Assembly: GCA_963664875.1 (NCBI GenBank)
Contig: OY761611.1
Span: forward strand, 32,001-96,000
Direction: 5' to 3'
Length of the DNA stretch: 64,000 nt
From: Candidatus Kapaibacterium sp.
GTDB taxonomy: Bacteria > Bacteroidota > Ignavibacteria > Kapaibacteriales > UBA2268
The notes under the pieces were generated by a model. The model saw nothing but the letters and a program-made list of their open reading frames with translations, did no database searches and was not told where the DNA came from. Both the position numbers and the translations under genes were made by a program. Shown here one piece after another: positions 19,301 through 29,842 of the stretch. Positions within the stretch are counted from its first letter, which is position 1; every line of letters begins with the position of its first letter.

Positions 19301-20005
19301 CTACTTCAAAAAATCCATAGAGTCGCCGGGATTGATTTCTTTTGTTTCTATACTGTGTTTGAAGATGCGAGCTTGTTTTTCGCCGAGTAGAGAGTAATTA
19401 TCATCTTCTACTAAAATGGTAGAGCCTTCTCGGAGACCTACAACATACATATTAGGATTGACAATCAAAAACTCTGCTAATCTCTGCTCTCTTGTTTCAC
19501 CGTGGTGACCTTCCGGATGAGCATCAAGATAATGCGGATTGATTTGAAAAGGAATCAAATCCAATGCCTGGAAACTTTCGGGTTCCGCAATTGGCATATC
19601 ATTAGTAGTTTTGATAGTCGGGCAGGCAAGATTAGAACCTGCACTCCAGCCGATATAAGGTATGCCTTCTTTGACTTTCTGCGGAATAATATCAATTATT
19701 CCTGTTTTGTAGCACATATCCAAGAGGCGAAATGTATTGCCGCCACCAACAACTATGGCTTCGGACTCCAATATCATATCTATCGGGTCTTCTGTTTCAT
19801 GCACAGATTCTACCTGATAGCCAAGCGGTTCGAATACATTTTTTACTTTTTGAGTATATTCATCATAAGATACTGTAACACCTGCGTATGGAACAAAAGT
19901 AATCTTGCGAATACCCGTTCTTAAAAAATCTTTCAGCAGCTCAGTGGCATGTTCCAAATAGCCAAATCCATGAGTTGTAGAATTGCTTAAGAGTAATAGT
20001 TTCAT
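19301..20005 (-). CDS. pepE: Dipeptidase E (peptidase S51)
   Basis: MKLLLLSNS, GGGNTF, GWSAG, TTNDMPI, FQINPHY, GETREQRLAEF. Confidence 0.95.
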   Translation of the reverse strand: MKLLLLSNSTTHGFGYLEHATELLKDFLRTGIRKITFVPYAGVTVSYDEYTQKVKNVFEPLGYQVESVHETEDPIDMILESEAIVVGGGNTFRLLDMCYKTGIIDIIPQKVKEGIPYIGWSAGSNLACPTIKTTNDMPIAEPESFQALDLIPFQINPHYLDAHPEGHHGETREQRLAEFLIVNPNMYVVGLREGSTILVEDDNYSLLGEKQARIFKHSIETKEINPGDSMDFLK

Positions 20006-20012
20006 GACAACC

Positions 20013-21485
20013 TTAGAATATTTTATTAGCCAAATCAATTATTAATGAAGGATAAATCCCAAACAATATAACCCCAAAAGTTGAAATAGCCAAAGCAATT
20101 CCTGCCATGCCGGGACAAACTCTTTCCTGCTCTGCTTCTGAATCTTTAAAGTACATATTAAGAACTAATCCAATGTAGAAATACATAGAGATTATTGAAG
20201 AAATCACAGCTACGATAGTAAGCCACAAGTAGCCCGAATCCATTGCTGCCATGAATAAATAGTATTTACCAAAGAATCCTGCCATAGGAGGTATGCCTGC
20301 AAGCGAGAACATAAATAAAGCCATCATCGCTGCAATCATAGGATTGGACTTTCTTAGACCTACGTAATCTTCGAGTTCAAGATATTTATTATCTTTTTCC
20401 ATCACAGATACGATAAGGAAAGCACCAATTTGCATAAACATATAAGCTGTCGCATAAAAGACGATACCGCTTCTTCCTTCAGGAGTATTGGCAACTATAC
20501 CCATTAATAAATAGCCTGCATGAGCCACAGAAGAGTATGCTAACATTCTTTTTACGTTTTTCTGTGTCAAAGCACTTATGTTACCAATTAACATCGTAGC
20601 AGCTGCGATAACAGCGATTAAAGTTCTGAATTTGTCAAGATTGTTTGTAAGTATTTCATTTGCAGCTGTTACCGGAATAATTGCCTGTGCGATTACAATA
20701 AATGCAATAAGTCCCGCTGCTTTACCTGCTGTGCTCATAAAGGCAGTAACTACCGTAGGAGCACCTTCGTAAACATCAGGAGCCCACTGATGGAAAGGAA
20801 ACGCTGCAACTTTGAAACCAAGACCAACAACAAGAAGACCAATACCCAAAGTTAAATATAGATCGTGAAAATCGCCTATCATCATTTTTTGTGTGATTTG
20901 GTCTAAATATAGGGTGCCGGTTGCTCCGTATATCATTGCAATTCCATATAGAAGGAAGCCGGAGGCAAATGAGCCTAATAAGAAGTATTTAAGTGCAGAT
21001 TCCATAGCTTTTTCGCGATTGCGGAAGAAACCTGAAAGTACATAAAAAGTAATAGTCATTACTTCTATACCGATAAATACCATAATCAAATTAGCTGCAT
21101 GAGCAATAAATACCATTCCGCTGATAGCAAATAGAATCAGTAAGTAAAACTCTTTATAGTCTTTATACTCTCTTGCGTTATACTGCTTGGCTGCGAGCAT
21201 AGTCAAAATACCTGCGATTGCAAAAAGCATATCAAAATATGCAGCGTATCCGCCAAATTTAATCATACCTTTGGAGATAGAATTTGCTACATCAAAGGCT
21301 GCAATGGTTTCTTCAGGTATCGATAGAGTATAAGCTGCCGCACCAAAAGTCATAACCAAGCCAAACAATACAAAATTATATACTGCTGATTTGTTCTTGC
21401 CTGTCATAAAGTCTATAGTCAGTGCAATCAATGTTACAACTGCTATCATATAAAACGGGGCTGATAATTGTATTTCTTGAATCAT
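20013..21485 (-). CDS. nuoN: NADH-quinone oxidoreductase subunit N
   Basis: ESALKYFLLGS, FKVAAFPFHQWAPDVYEGAP, KRMLAYSS, SLAGIPP. Confidence 0.95.
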   Translation of the reverse strand: MIQEIQLSAPFYMIAVVTLIALTIDFMTGKNKSAVYNFVLFGLVMTFGAAAYTLSIPEETIAAFDVANSISKGMIKFGGYAAYFDMLFAIAGILTMLAAKQYNAREYKDYKEFYLLILFAISGMVFIAHAANLIMVFIGIEVMTITFYVLSGFFRNREKAMESALKYFLLGSFASGFLLYGIAMIYGATGTLYLDQITQKMMIGDFHDLYLTLGIGLLVVGLGFKVAAFPFHQWAPDVYEGAPTVVTAFMSTAGKAAGLIAFIVIAQAIIPVTAANEILTNNLDKFRTLIAVIAAATMLIGNISALTQKNVKRMLAYSSVAHAGYLLMGIVANTPEGRSGIVFYATAYMFMQIGAFLIVSVMEKDNKYLELEDYVGLRKSNPMIAAMMALFMFSLAGIPPMAGFFGKYYLFMAAMDSGYLWLTIVAVISSIISMYFYIGLVLNMYFKDSEAEQERVCPGMAGIALAISTFGVILFGIYPSLIIDLANKIF

Positions 21486-21513
21486 TGTGTAAACTCTGTA
21501 CTATTCCAAATAA

Positions 21514-23088
21514 CTATTGATTATTAGTCGGAGCTGCCTCTGCTTCTATCTGAGGTAACTCGTAGCGAACTTTATTAAATTTTATAAGCTCTAATTTGTT
21601 CACAAGGGCTTTTGTAGAATTATCCGAAATTTTAAGGAATGAATTAGGGTAAACACCTATCCAAACGATAAAAATTAGCGGAGCAACAAGCATTGCCCAT
21701 TCTTGTTTTGTCAAATCCTGCAAATCTTTGTTCTTAGGATTTGTAACTTCGCCGAACATAACTCTTTGGAACATCCAAAGCAAATAAACAGCTGCAAATA
21801 TCACACCTGTTGCACTTATAATTGTGTACCATTGAGATTTCAAAAATGGTGAGTTAAAAGCACCAAGCAAAGTTAAGTATTCACCAACGAATCCGTTTAA
21901 GCCCGGAAGACCTACGGAAGCTAGCATTGCCAATGCAAAGAACACCGTAAATGCAGGCATTACTCTTGCGATGCCACCAAATTCTGAAATTTCTCTTGTG
22001 TGTCTTCTTTCGTAAATCATACCAACTGCAAGGAAAAGCATACCTGTCGAAAGACCATGGTTTACCATTTGGATAATAGCTCCCTGAATACCTTCAGCAG
22101 TCATCGAGAAGATACCAAGCACTACAAAACCCAAGTGAGACACAGAAGAGTACGCTACGAGCTTTTTAACATCTGTTTGAACCATTGCCACCAAAGCACC
22201 GTAAATAATGCCGATAACAGCAAGAACTGCTATTGTAGGAGCATATTCGAATGATGCTTGAGGGAATAGGTCGAGATTGAATCTTATAAGACCATAAGTA
22301 CCCATTTTCAAAAGTACACCTGCAAGAATTACAGAACCCGGAGTAGGTGCTTCTGTATGTGCATCAGGCAACCAAGTGTGAACAGGGAAGAGAGGCACTT
22401 TGATACCAAAAGAAAGAGCAAAAGCAAGGAATAACCAAGATTGCGTTTCCAATGGAATTTGAGAAGATACTTCTCTGATTATCTGAAAGTTACTTGTAAA
22501 TCCGGCTGCATTGTTCAATATCTCAGTACCAACGTACTGCCCTAACCACACAATGGCTACAAGCATGAATAATGAACCAACTACAGTGAATAGAAAGAAC
22601 TTCACAGTGGCATATAGTCTATTCTGACCGCCCCAAATACCGATGATAAAATACATTGGTATAAGGATTATTTCCCAAAATACGTAGAACAAGAACAAAT
22701 CAAGAGCCACAAAAACACCGGTCATTGCAAACTGCAAAAGGCTAAGCATGATGTAGTATTCTTTGTGTCTTTTCTTGATAGAATCAAAAGAAGCAAGTAT
22801 TGCTATCGGAGTGATAAAAGTAGTCAATAGTATAAGTAGCATTGACATACCGTCCACACCAATTCTGAAACCTGCATCTACAGACTGAATCCAAGTGTAA
22901 TCTATCACAAATTGGAAATTAGGGTTTAGATGGTCAAAACCGAAATATAAAAATAGTGAAACTACAAAAGTTACAATCGAAACCCCGAGCGTATAGTACT
23001 TGATTGCTTTTACGTTTTCTTTGTTGAAAAACAACAGAGAAATCGCTGCAAATAGGGGTAGTAGTAATGTCGCTAAAAATGCTGTCAT
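21514..23088 (-). CDS. nuoM: NADH-quinone oxidoreductase subunit M
   Basis: FYVFWE, KVPLFPVHTWLPDAHTEAP, LLKMGTYG, AYSSVSH. Confidence 0.95.
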   Translation of the reverse strand: MTAFLATLLLPLFAAISLLFFNKENVKAIKYYTLGVSIVTFVVSLFLYFGFDHLNPNFQFVIDYTWIQSVDAGFRIGVDGMSMLLILLTTFITPIAILASFDSIKKRHKEYYIMLSLLQFAMTGVFVALDLFLFYVFWEIILIPMYFIIGIWGGQNRLYATVKFFLFTVVGSLFMLVAIVWLGQYVGTEILNNAAGFTSNFQIIREVSSQIPLETQSWLFLAFALSFGIKVPLFPVHTWLPDAHTEAPTPGSVILAGVLLKMGTYGLIRFNLDLFPQASFEYAPTIAVLAVIGIIYGALVAMVQTDVKKLVAYSSVSHLGFVVLGIFSMTAEGIQGAIIQMVNHGLSTGMLFLAVGMIYERRHTREISEFGGIARVMPAFTVFFALAMLASVGLPGLNGFVGEYLTLLGAFNSPFLKSQWYTIISATGVIFAAVYLLWMFQRVMFGEVTNPKNKDLQDLTKQEWAMLVAPLIFIVWIGVYPNSFLKISDNSTKALVNKLELIKFNKVRYELPQIEAEAAPTNNQ

Positions 23089-23122
23089 GTCTTTATCTGA
23101 AATTTATTACTAAACTTACTAA

Positions 23123-25084
23123 TTACATCAGTAGCCATGCTAATATAGCTACAATTCCTGCCATCATAAGGACTGCGTAGTTTTGAGCAACCCCGGTCTG
23201 AATCTTTCTTAAAGAACCTGAAATTAGGCTCATCGACTTACCGGAGCCATTTACTATCCCGTCTATAATTTTTGCATCAAATACTTTCCACAAGAATGAA
23301 CGCGAAATGTTTACGATAGGATCTACTATACCTTTGAAGTAAATCTCGTCGAGGAAGTATTTGTTCCAAAGCAAATTATAGAAACCTTTGAATGATTTTG
23401 CAATTTGATTCGGAGTATTGCTCTCGGTAGAGTACATTTTTTTAGCTAAGTTCCATGCAACTAATGCTATAGCCACAGAGAGAGCCATTAAAATGTATTC
23501 TATCGCATGTACTTCATGCCCATGTGAAATATCTAAAATGTGATTTGCCTGAGCAAAAATTGGATGTAGGAAACTTTCCATAATATTCGGATTGTCGCTA
23601 AAGAAAAATCCTAAAGCATAAGGAATACCTAAAAATCCTGAGAAAGCAGAAAGTATTGCCAACACAATCAAAGGAATAGTCATTGTTTTTGGAGATTCAT
23701 GCGGATGTACATGGTGATGGTCAAATCTTTCTTTGCCGTGGAAAGTAAGATAAACCAGACGGAACATGTAAAATGCTGTAAAGAAAGCTGCTACAGCAAG
23801 AGTCAGCCACAAATACATATTGCCTTGATTGAAAGTAAGCCATAATATCTCGTCTTTAGAGAAGAAACCTGCAAACAGAGGAATACCTGAAATGGCAAGT
23901 GTTCCGATCATAAATGTTTTATAAGTCGTAGGCATATATTTTGCCAAGCCACCCATTTTCTGAATATCCTGCTCTTCGTGCATGCCATGGATTACCGAAC
24001 CCGAGCCAAGGAATAACAATGCTTTGAAGAAAGCGTGAGTCATTACGTGGAAAATTGCTGCACCAAAAGCACCTACGCCAAGAGCAGTGAACATAAAGCC
24101 TAACTGGCTGACTGTAGAGTATGCCAATACTTTTTTAATGTCATTTTGTACTAAACCAATTGAAGCAGCGAGGATAGCCGTCGCAGCACCAACTATAGCA
24201 ACTGTTTCCATTGAAACAGGAGCTAAAGAAAACAGCACTGAGTTACGAGCTACCAAAAACACACCGCCGGTTACCATAGTTGCTGCGTGGATAAGTGCAG
24301 AAACAGGAGTTGGGCCTGCCATCGCGTCAGGAAGCCAAACTGCAAGTGGCAACTGTGCAGATTTACCGGTACAACCGAGAAATATTAGTAAAGTAATCGC
24401 AGTGATGACTCCGGCATTCATATACATAGAACTACCGGAAGCAGCCGCAGCCGAAACCTCGTTGTACTCTAAAGTGCCGAAAGTCATAAAAATTAGGAAC
24501 ATGGCGATAAGGAAGCCAAAGTCACCGATTCTGTTTACGATGAATGCTTTGTTTGCAGCCTGACCGGTCCATGTTATTCTTACACCATCAAATTTTTTGT
24601 CATACCAGAAACCTATTAGTAGATATGATGAAAGACCTACGCCTTCCCAACCAAGGAATGTCAGCAGGAAGTTGCTGGCAAGCACAAGGTTAAGCATCAT
24701 AAAAATAAATAAGTTCAGATATGCAAAAAAGCGGTAAAAACTTCTGTCTCCTTGCATATAGCCTATGGAATATACATGGATAAGGAAACCAACTCCGGTA
24801 ATTACCATTGTAAATAGTATCGAGAGCTGATCTACCTGATAGGAGACGTTGACTGAGAAGTCACCGGCACTAATCCAGTTATATACATTGACGATAACTG
24901 CTTCTTCCAAATGTGCGGAAGACATCTGCATAAAAATAATTAGAGCAGTGATAAAAGACAGTCCGACTGCTGCACTTGCAATGCTGCCAATCAGAGCTTC
25001 TTTCTTGAGATACTTTCCGAATAATCCGACAATCAAAAAGCCGATTAGAGGAAAGAGAGGTACTAATGTGATTAAATCATACAT
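23123..25084 (-). CDS. nuoL: NADH-quinone oxidoreductase subunit L
   Basis: GWEGVG, NRIGDFG, GKSAQLPL.VWLPDAMAGPTPVSALIHAATMV, THAFFKALLFL. Confidence 0.96.
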   Translation of the reverse strand: MYDLITLVPLFPLIGFLIVGLFGKYLKKEALIGSIASAAVGLSFITALIIFMQMSSAHLEEAVIVNVYNWISAGDFSVNVSYQVDQLSILFTMVITGVGFLIHVYSIGYMQGDRSFYRFFAYLNLFIFMMLNLVLASNFLLTFLGWEGVGLSSYLLIGFWYDKKFDGVRITWTGQAANKAFIVNRIGDFGFLIAMFLIFMTFGTLEYNEVSAAAASGSSMYMNAGVITAITLLIFLGCTGKSAQLPLAVWLPDAMAGPTPVSALIHAATMVTGGVFLVARNSVLFSLAPVSMETVAIVGAATAILAASIGLVQNDIKKVLAYSTVSQLGFMFTALGVGAFGAAIFHVMTHAFFKALLFLGSGSVIHGMHEEQDIQKMGGLAKYMPTTYKTFMIGTLAISGIPLFAGFFSKDEILWLTFNQGNMYLWLTLAVAAFFTAFYMFRLVYLTFHGKERFDHHHVHPHESPKTMTIPLIVLAILSAFSGFLGIPYALGFFFSDNPNIMESFLHPIFAQANHILDISHGHEVHAIEYILMALSVAIALVAWNLAKKMYSTESNTPNQIAKSFKGFYNLLWNKYFLDEIYFKGIVDPIVNISRSFLWKVFDAKIIDGIVNGSGKSMSLISGSLRKIQTGVAQNYAVLMMAGIVAILAWLLM

Positions 25085-25326
25085 AATACTTTGACCAATT
25101 CTATTATTTCAATTATTTTTCGGATACTTACAAGAGCAAGGTGCTTTGGCTACATTTCTTGCTAAATTCACATTAAACTCAAACTATGCCTTTTTATTTT
25201 AAAATAAAGCATAAGACAAGGCAATGGACGCAAATATGCTTAGTTTATTAGGCAAATAAATAATTTTATTCAAGCCTCCATTTTATTATATTTGGAGTTA
25301 GTACTAAGTATTATTTAACGAATGAT

Positions 25327-25656
25327 ATGCGCTATTTATTAGATAAAAAGTTTCCACTAAGTGCGATTAATGCAAACGAGAACCCGTTTTACGAAGAAGA
25401 AGAAGAGGTAAGTGTCAGCGACGAAACGAAGTTAAGTGCCCGTGTAATTTTATTCAATGACGAATGGCACACTTTCGATGAAGTAATTGATCAGATACTA
25501 AAAGCAATCAGATGCAGCTATGATAGGGCAGAGGCTCTGACTTGGGAAGTTCATTCCAAAGGGAAAGCCTGCGTTTACGAAGGTGAAATGCACGAATGCC
25601 TCAGAGTCAGCAATATTTTGGAGGAAATATCGCTGCATACGCAGATAGAATACTAA
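25327..25656 (+). CDS. clpS: ClpS-like Clp protease adaptor
   Basis: VILFNDEWHTFDEVI, EVHSKGKACV. Confidence 0.85.
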   Translation: MRYLLDKKFPLSAINANENPFYEEEEEVSVSDETKLSARVILFNDEWHTFDEVIDQILKAIRCSYDRAEALTWEVHSKGKACVYEGEMHECLRVSNILEEISLHTQIEY

Positions 25657-25657
25657 T

Positions 25658-26620
25658 CTATTCATCGTCATAATAGTCTTCATCGTCCTCGCCTTCTGCA
25701 AGGTAATCATCTTCCACGCTTTCGCCTTCAAACTCTTCGAAGATACTCTGTTTATCTTCATTATTTTTTTGCTCTTCGATGAATTCATCTCTGACTTTTT
25801 CTCGCTCTGCATCAGAGAGAAAAGGAACAAAACCGGGATTGTCTTTGATTACTTCGGAAGATGATTCCAGTCCGCTGTCTTCATCGAAATAGTCGAATTT
25901 GATAAGAGTCCTTTCTCCGCATTTGCAATGCACCTCTATCGACTCTAATTCACCTGACTCATCTCTGTTTACAACGACAGAAGTGGTCGAATGTCGGTTA
26001 TCTTTGAAGTTAGGGTCATCAGTTATCTCAATTTTTTTGGATTTCTTATTTATAGATTCAGATTTGATAATATTAGATTGAAATTCTGAATGTTTTTGAC
26101 CAGTTATTTTGGGAAGCTGTAAAAAATCTTTAAAATGCCCACGCATATATAATTCACGGGCTATTGCGTCTTCTTTGTCCAATTGATAAGATTCTTTGAA
26201 GATGCTTTTTAATCTTTCGTCTTCGGCAAGGCTCAAAGCTTCAAAAAGCTCATTTTCGGAAAGGTTGAACCGTTCTAAGATTGTTTCGGGAGAAATTAAA
26301 CCTGAAGATTGCAAATCAACTGAAGTTTTAAAATTTCTCTGCAATCTCTTTTGTTCGTCATAAGCTATTAGCTTTTCTATATCCTCAGGAGTCAGCGGAG
26401 GGATGCTTTTTTTTTCTAAAGAGTCTTTATTGACTACATCTGCTTTGCTAAACTCTTCTCCAAAAGGATTGTTTTCATCAACCTCTTCTTCGCGATTGAC
26501 TACATCCTTGCTGTCAAATTCCTCAGGGAAGGGGTTTTCATTGCTTATTTCAGAATCAAAATTCTTACTTTCTTTTTCGAAGTCGTCAAACTTATATGCT
26601 TTATTTGTAGTATCATCCAT
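25658..26620 (-). CDS. Acidic hypothetical protein with CxC motif at the end of the che cluster
   Basis: Two NPF.EEF...DVVN repeats; IEVHCKCGE; very D/E-rich. Confidence 0.65.
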   Translation of the reverse strand: MDDTTNKAYKFDDFEKESKNFDSEISNENPFPEEFDSKDVVNREEEVDENNPFGEEFSKADVVNKDSLEKKSIPPLTPEDIEKLIAYDEQKRLQRNFKTSVDLQSSGLISPETILERFNLSENELFEALSLAEDERLKSIFKESYQLDKEDAIARELYMRGHFKDFLQLPKITGQKHSEFQSNIIKSESINKKSKKIEITDDPNFKDNRHSTTSVVVNRDESGELESIEVHCKCGERTLIKFDYFDEDSGLESSSEVIKDNPGFVPFLSDAEREKVRDEFIEEQKNNEDKQSIFEEFEGESVEDDYLAEGEDDEDYYDDE

Positions 26621-26639
26621 GATTTACAACAATTCCTAT

Positions 26640-27737
26640 TTATTTTGTCAAATTAAACAGAGAAGCCAAATACTCTGCTATGTTTGCTAATGGAATAATT
26701 TCATCTACAGCATTCCGCTTAATAACACTATTAGGCATACCCGGCACCACGCAGGACTCAGGACTCTGAGAAATTACGTATCCGCCGTTTCCATGTAACT
26801 TAGCCATTGCCTCTGCTCCGTCGCTACCCATTCCTGTCATAATTACCGCTACTGCATTGCCGTCATAAACATTATTGACTGAATCAACAAGCACATTCAC
26901 ACTAGGCTTGAAAAGCTCAGTAGATGGCTCATCCGAAATCATTATTTTTTTCCAACGACTAATAGTCATTATTTTGCCGCCGGGGGCGATGTAACAACAA
27001 CCTGCCTGCAGTCTTTCATTATCTTCGGCTTCTTTTACGCAAAGTTGAGATTTTGAGTTTAATCTGTCTGCCAAAGTCTTTGTAAAATAGGGGGGCATGT
27101 GCTGAGCTATAACTATAGGCACAGGAAATTCCTTTGGCAAATTTGGTATTACTTCATGTAATGCTACCGGCCCACCCGTGGAAATACCGATGGCAACTAT
27201 GCCTATATTTGAAGCTTTCGGCTTTGCTCTGCCTGTCAGACTATTTGACTGGTAGCTACCTGTAGTAGGTTTTATGTGATCAGTGCCATATTTGCCTGAG
27301 TATCTGCTTTTGAGTTTTCGCTTCATCAGCTGAGTTTTAATACTTGGGCTCGAGCCAAGTTCAACAATTTTATCAATTAACTCATCTTTTAGACTATGCA
27401 TCTCCGTAAAAGCCGAACGCTTTGTGATAAAGTCCATCGCACCATTTGACAGAGCTTCTACAGTTGCTTCAGCACCCTCGCTGGTCAAAGTACTTACCAT
27501 TAGGATAGGAGTGGGCATTTTGTCCATGATAATCTTTAATGCTTCTAAACCCGTCATAACCGGCATTTCTATGTCCATAGTAATCACATCAGGTTTAAGC
27601 GCTAAAGCCTTCTCAACACCCTCTTTCCCGTTAACAGCAGTATCTATAACTTCTATTTGCTCATTACTTATAATGCGAGTAAGTGTTCGCCTCATAAATA
27701 GCGAGTCATCAACTATCAAAACTCTGATTTTTTTCAT
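26640..27737 (-). CDS. cheB: Chemotaxis methylesterase response regulator
   Basis: REC domain plus GISTGG, QHMP, MTGMGSDG. Confidence 0.96.
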   Translation of the reverse strand: MKKIRVLIVDDSLFMRRTLTRIISNEQIEVIDTAVNGKEGVEKALALKPDVITMDIEMPVMTGLEALKIIMDKMPTPILMVSTLTSEGAEATVEALSNGAMDFITKRSAFTEMHSLKDELIDKIVELGSSPSIKTQLMKRKLKSRYSGKYGTDHIKPTTGSYQSNSLTGRAKPKASNIGIVAIGISTGGPVALHEVIPNLPKEFPVPIVIAQHMPPYFTKTLADRLNSKSQLCVKEAEDNERLQAGCCYIAPGGKIMTISRWKKIMISDEPSTELFKPSVNVLVDSVNNVYDGNAVAVIMTGMGSDGAEAMAKLHGNGGYVISQSPESCVVPGMPNSVIKRNAVDEIIPLANIAEYLASLFNLTK

Positions 27738-27815
27738 AAGCCTAAGTATCGATTATTTATAATAAACCCCCGCATAAACAGAATTATTTGGGGGTAAAGT
27801 CAAAAAAGAACTGTA

Positions 27816-29807
27816 TTATTTTGCGTATTGAACAAATTCGTTGTTAGTGTATAAGCTTTCAACGAGTTCTGTTACATCAATAATCATAATTACAGATCCA
27901 TCACCCAATATAGTAGAGCCGGCAATACCTTTAATATTGCCAAGGTATTCGCCAAGTGATTTAATTACGATTTCCTGCTGACCTAAAAGCTCATCAACAA
28001 CAAGTCCAATTCGTTTCATACCCAGACCTACATTAACTACATATCTGCCGTCAAGCTCTTTTGTAATTTCTTTAGTCTTTAAAGTTTTATCCATTCGGAC
28101 TATCGGAAGTACTTCCTGTCTGATGCGGATAACTTCCTGTTTGTTGACACTTTTCACAGCACTTTTTTCGATAGCTACAACTTCGACAACGCTGCTCAAA
28201 GGAAGAGCGTAGGTCTCATTTTGTACTTTTACAAGCAATCCTTGGATGATAGCCAGAGTTAGAGGTAATTTGATAATGAAAGTAGAGCCTTTGTCAAGTA
28301 CTGATTCGATATCAATCATACCCTTCAGATTTTGGATATTTGTTCTTACTACATCCATACCAACGCCACGACCGGAAACGCTGGAAACTTTTTGGGCAGT
28401 AGAAAATCCCGGCATAAAAATCAGCTGGAAAGTTTCCCTGTCAGTCATAGTAGCAGCCTGTTCCTGAGTGATGACTCCTTTTTCCAAAGCTTTTGCTTTT
28501 AGTTTATTAGGATCCATACCTCTGCCGTCGTCTGAGATTTTAAGAACAATATTGTTACCTTCCTGTTCTGCATCTAAAGTAACAGTGCCGTAAGGAGGCT
28601 TTCCAAGTTTAGATCTTGTTTCAGGATCTTCGATACCATGGTCACAAGAGTTTCTAATCATGTGAACTAATGGATCATTAAGTTCTTCGATGATGCCTCT
28701 GTCTATTTCAGTCTCTTCACCCTTTACTATAAGTTTGATTTGTTTTCCGAATTCTTTGGAAAGATCTCGTACAATTCTCGGAGCTTTTTGGTAAAGTTTG
28801 CCAACAGGTACCATACGCATACGCATCACAGCAGCCTGAATCTCTGAAGTAACAAAATCTACAGCTGCAGTGGTTTCAATCAAATCACGGATATGCTCAG
28901 TGTGCTCGAACTCTTGTTCCATGATTTCAGTAATCTGTGCAAGTCTGTTCCTTCCTAATACAAGCTCCCCTGAAAGATCCATAAGCTCTTCAACTCTCGA
29001 AATATCAATACGTATAGTTTCTGTATTGACTTTCGCACCGACAGTTGCAGGTTTTTTAGCAGCTTCTTTGGCTGGTGCTTCGGGAGTCTTTGGAACAGCT
29101 GTTTTGTCTTTTGTTTCAGTAGCTTTGACTTCTTCTTTAGCTTCTGCACTAACTGCTTCTTCAGTATGATTAGCTTCTTCTACAGGTGAACCTTCATTAG
29201 CAATCTCTCCATCTTCAAAGAAATTGGAATTTACCTCAGCGAAAGCAGCCTGAATAAGTTCGAGCTCGTCGTCACTAAAATCACCGGGACCCTGAACAAT
29301 CTCAGGATTAGTCAACACAGAATTTAAAGCATTATCTTTAGGAATATCGGATTTATTAGCGTCTTTGCCGGTTTCTCCTTTGTCCGCTTTTGGGGCACTG
29401 CCACCGCCTGCACTTAAGCGTTCCAACTCATCAATAGTATTTTGATAGTCCACCTTATCATTGATACCTTGTTGGAGTTGATTCATAAGGAACTGAATCC
29501 AATCCTGCACTTCCAGTAAAACATCGGTAATAGCCTGATTAGCTTTTAGTTCCTCACGACGAAGTTTGTTAAGCAAATCTTCGGCATGGTGAGTGATGTG
29601 AGCTATAGAATCAAATCCCATAAAAGAAGAAGTCCCTTTGATTGTATGGAAACTTCTAAAAATGCGATTGAGAAGCTCCATATCATCAGGATTATCTTCC
29701 ATTAACATCAAATCTTGAGAAAGACTATCAATAAGTTCTTGAGTTTCAACTAAAAATCCCTCGAAAATCTCTTGCATTTCCGGGTCATTAAACATAGCTT
29801 CAGACAT
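27816..29807 (-). CDS. cheA: Chemotaxis histidine kinase
   Basis: Hpt FRSFHTIKG, HMIRNSCDHG, SGRGVGMDVV, C-terminal CheW domain. Confidence 0.97.
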   Translation of the reverse strand: MSEAMFNDPEMQEIFEGFLVETQELIDSLSQDLMLMEDNPDDMELLNRIFRSFHTIKGTSSFMGFDSIAHITHHAEDLLNKLRREELKANQAITDVLLEVQDWIQFLMNQLQQGINDKVDYQNTIDELERLSAGGGSAPKADKGETGKDANKSDIPKDNALNSVLTNPEIVQGPGDFSDDELELIQAAFAEVNSNFFEDGEIANEGSPVEEANHTEEAVSAEAKEEVKATETKDKTAVPKTPEAPAKEAAKKPATVGAKVNTETIRIDISRVEELMDLSGELVLGRNRLAQITEIMEQEFEHTEHIRDLIETTAAVDFVTSEIQAAVMRMRMVPVGKLYQKAPRIVRDLSKEFGKQIKLIVKGEETEIDRGIIEELNDPLVHMIRNSCDHGIEDPETRSKLGKPPYGTVTLDAEQEGNNIVLKISDDGRGMDPNKLKAKALEKGVITQEQAATMTDRETFQLIFMPGFSTAQKVSSVSGRGVGMDVVRTNIQNLKGMIDIESVLDKGSTFIIKLPLTLAIIQGLLVKVQNETYALPLSSVVEVVAIEKSAVKSVNKQEVIRIRQEVLPIVRMDKTLKTKEITKELDGRYVVNVGLGMKRIGLVVDELLGQQEIVIKSLGEYLGNIKGIAGSTILGDGSVIMIIDVTELVESLYTNNEFVQYAK

Positions 29808-29842
29808 AATAATCTCCGATTACTATTTTAGTATAATTATTT

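Noticed and set aside
25147-25163. Sigma54-like TGGC...TTGC upstream of clpS
   Set aside because: 8 nt between the boxes instead of the required 7
27766-27795. accccc...gggggt hairpin between cheA and cheB
   Set aside because: Weak interrupted stem inside an apparent operon; no clear function
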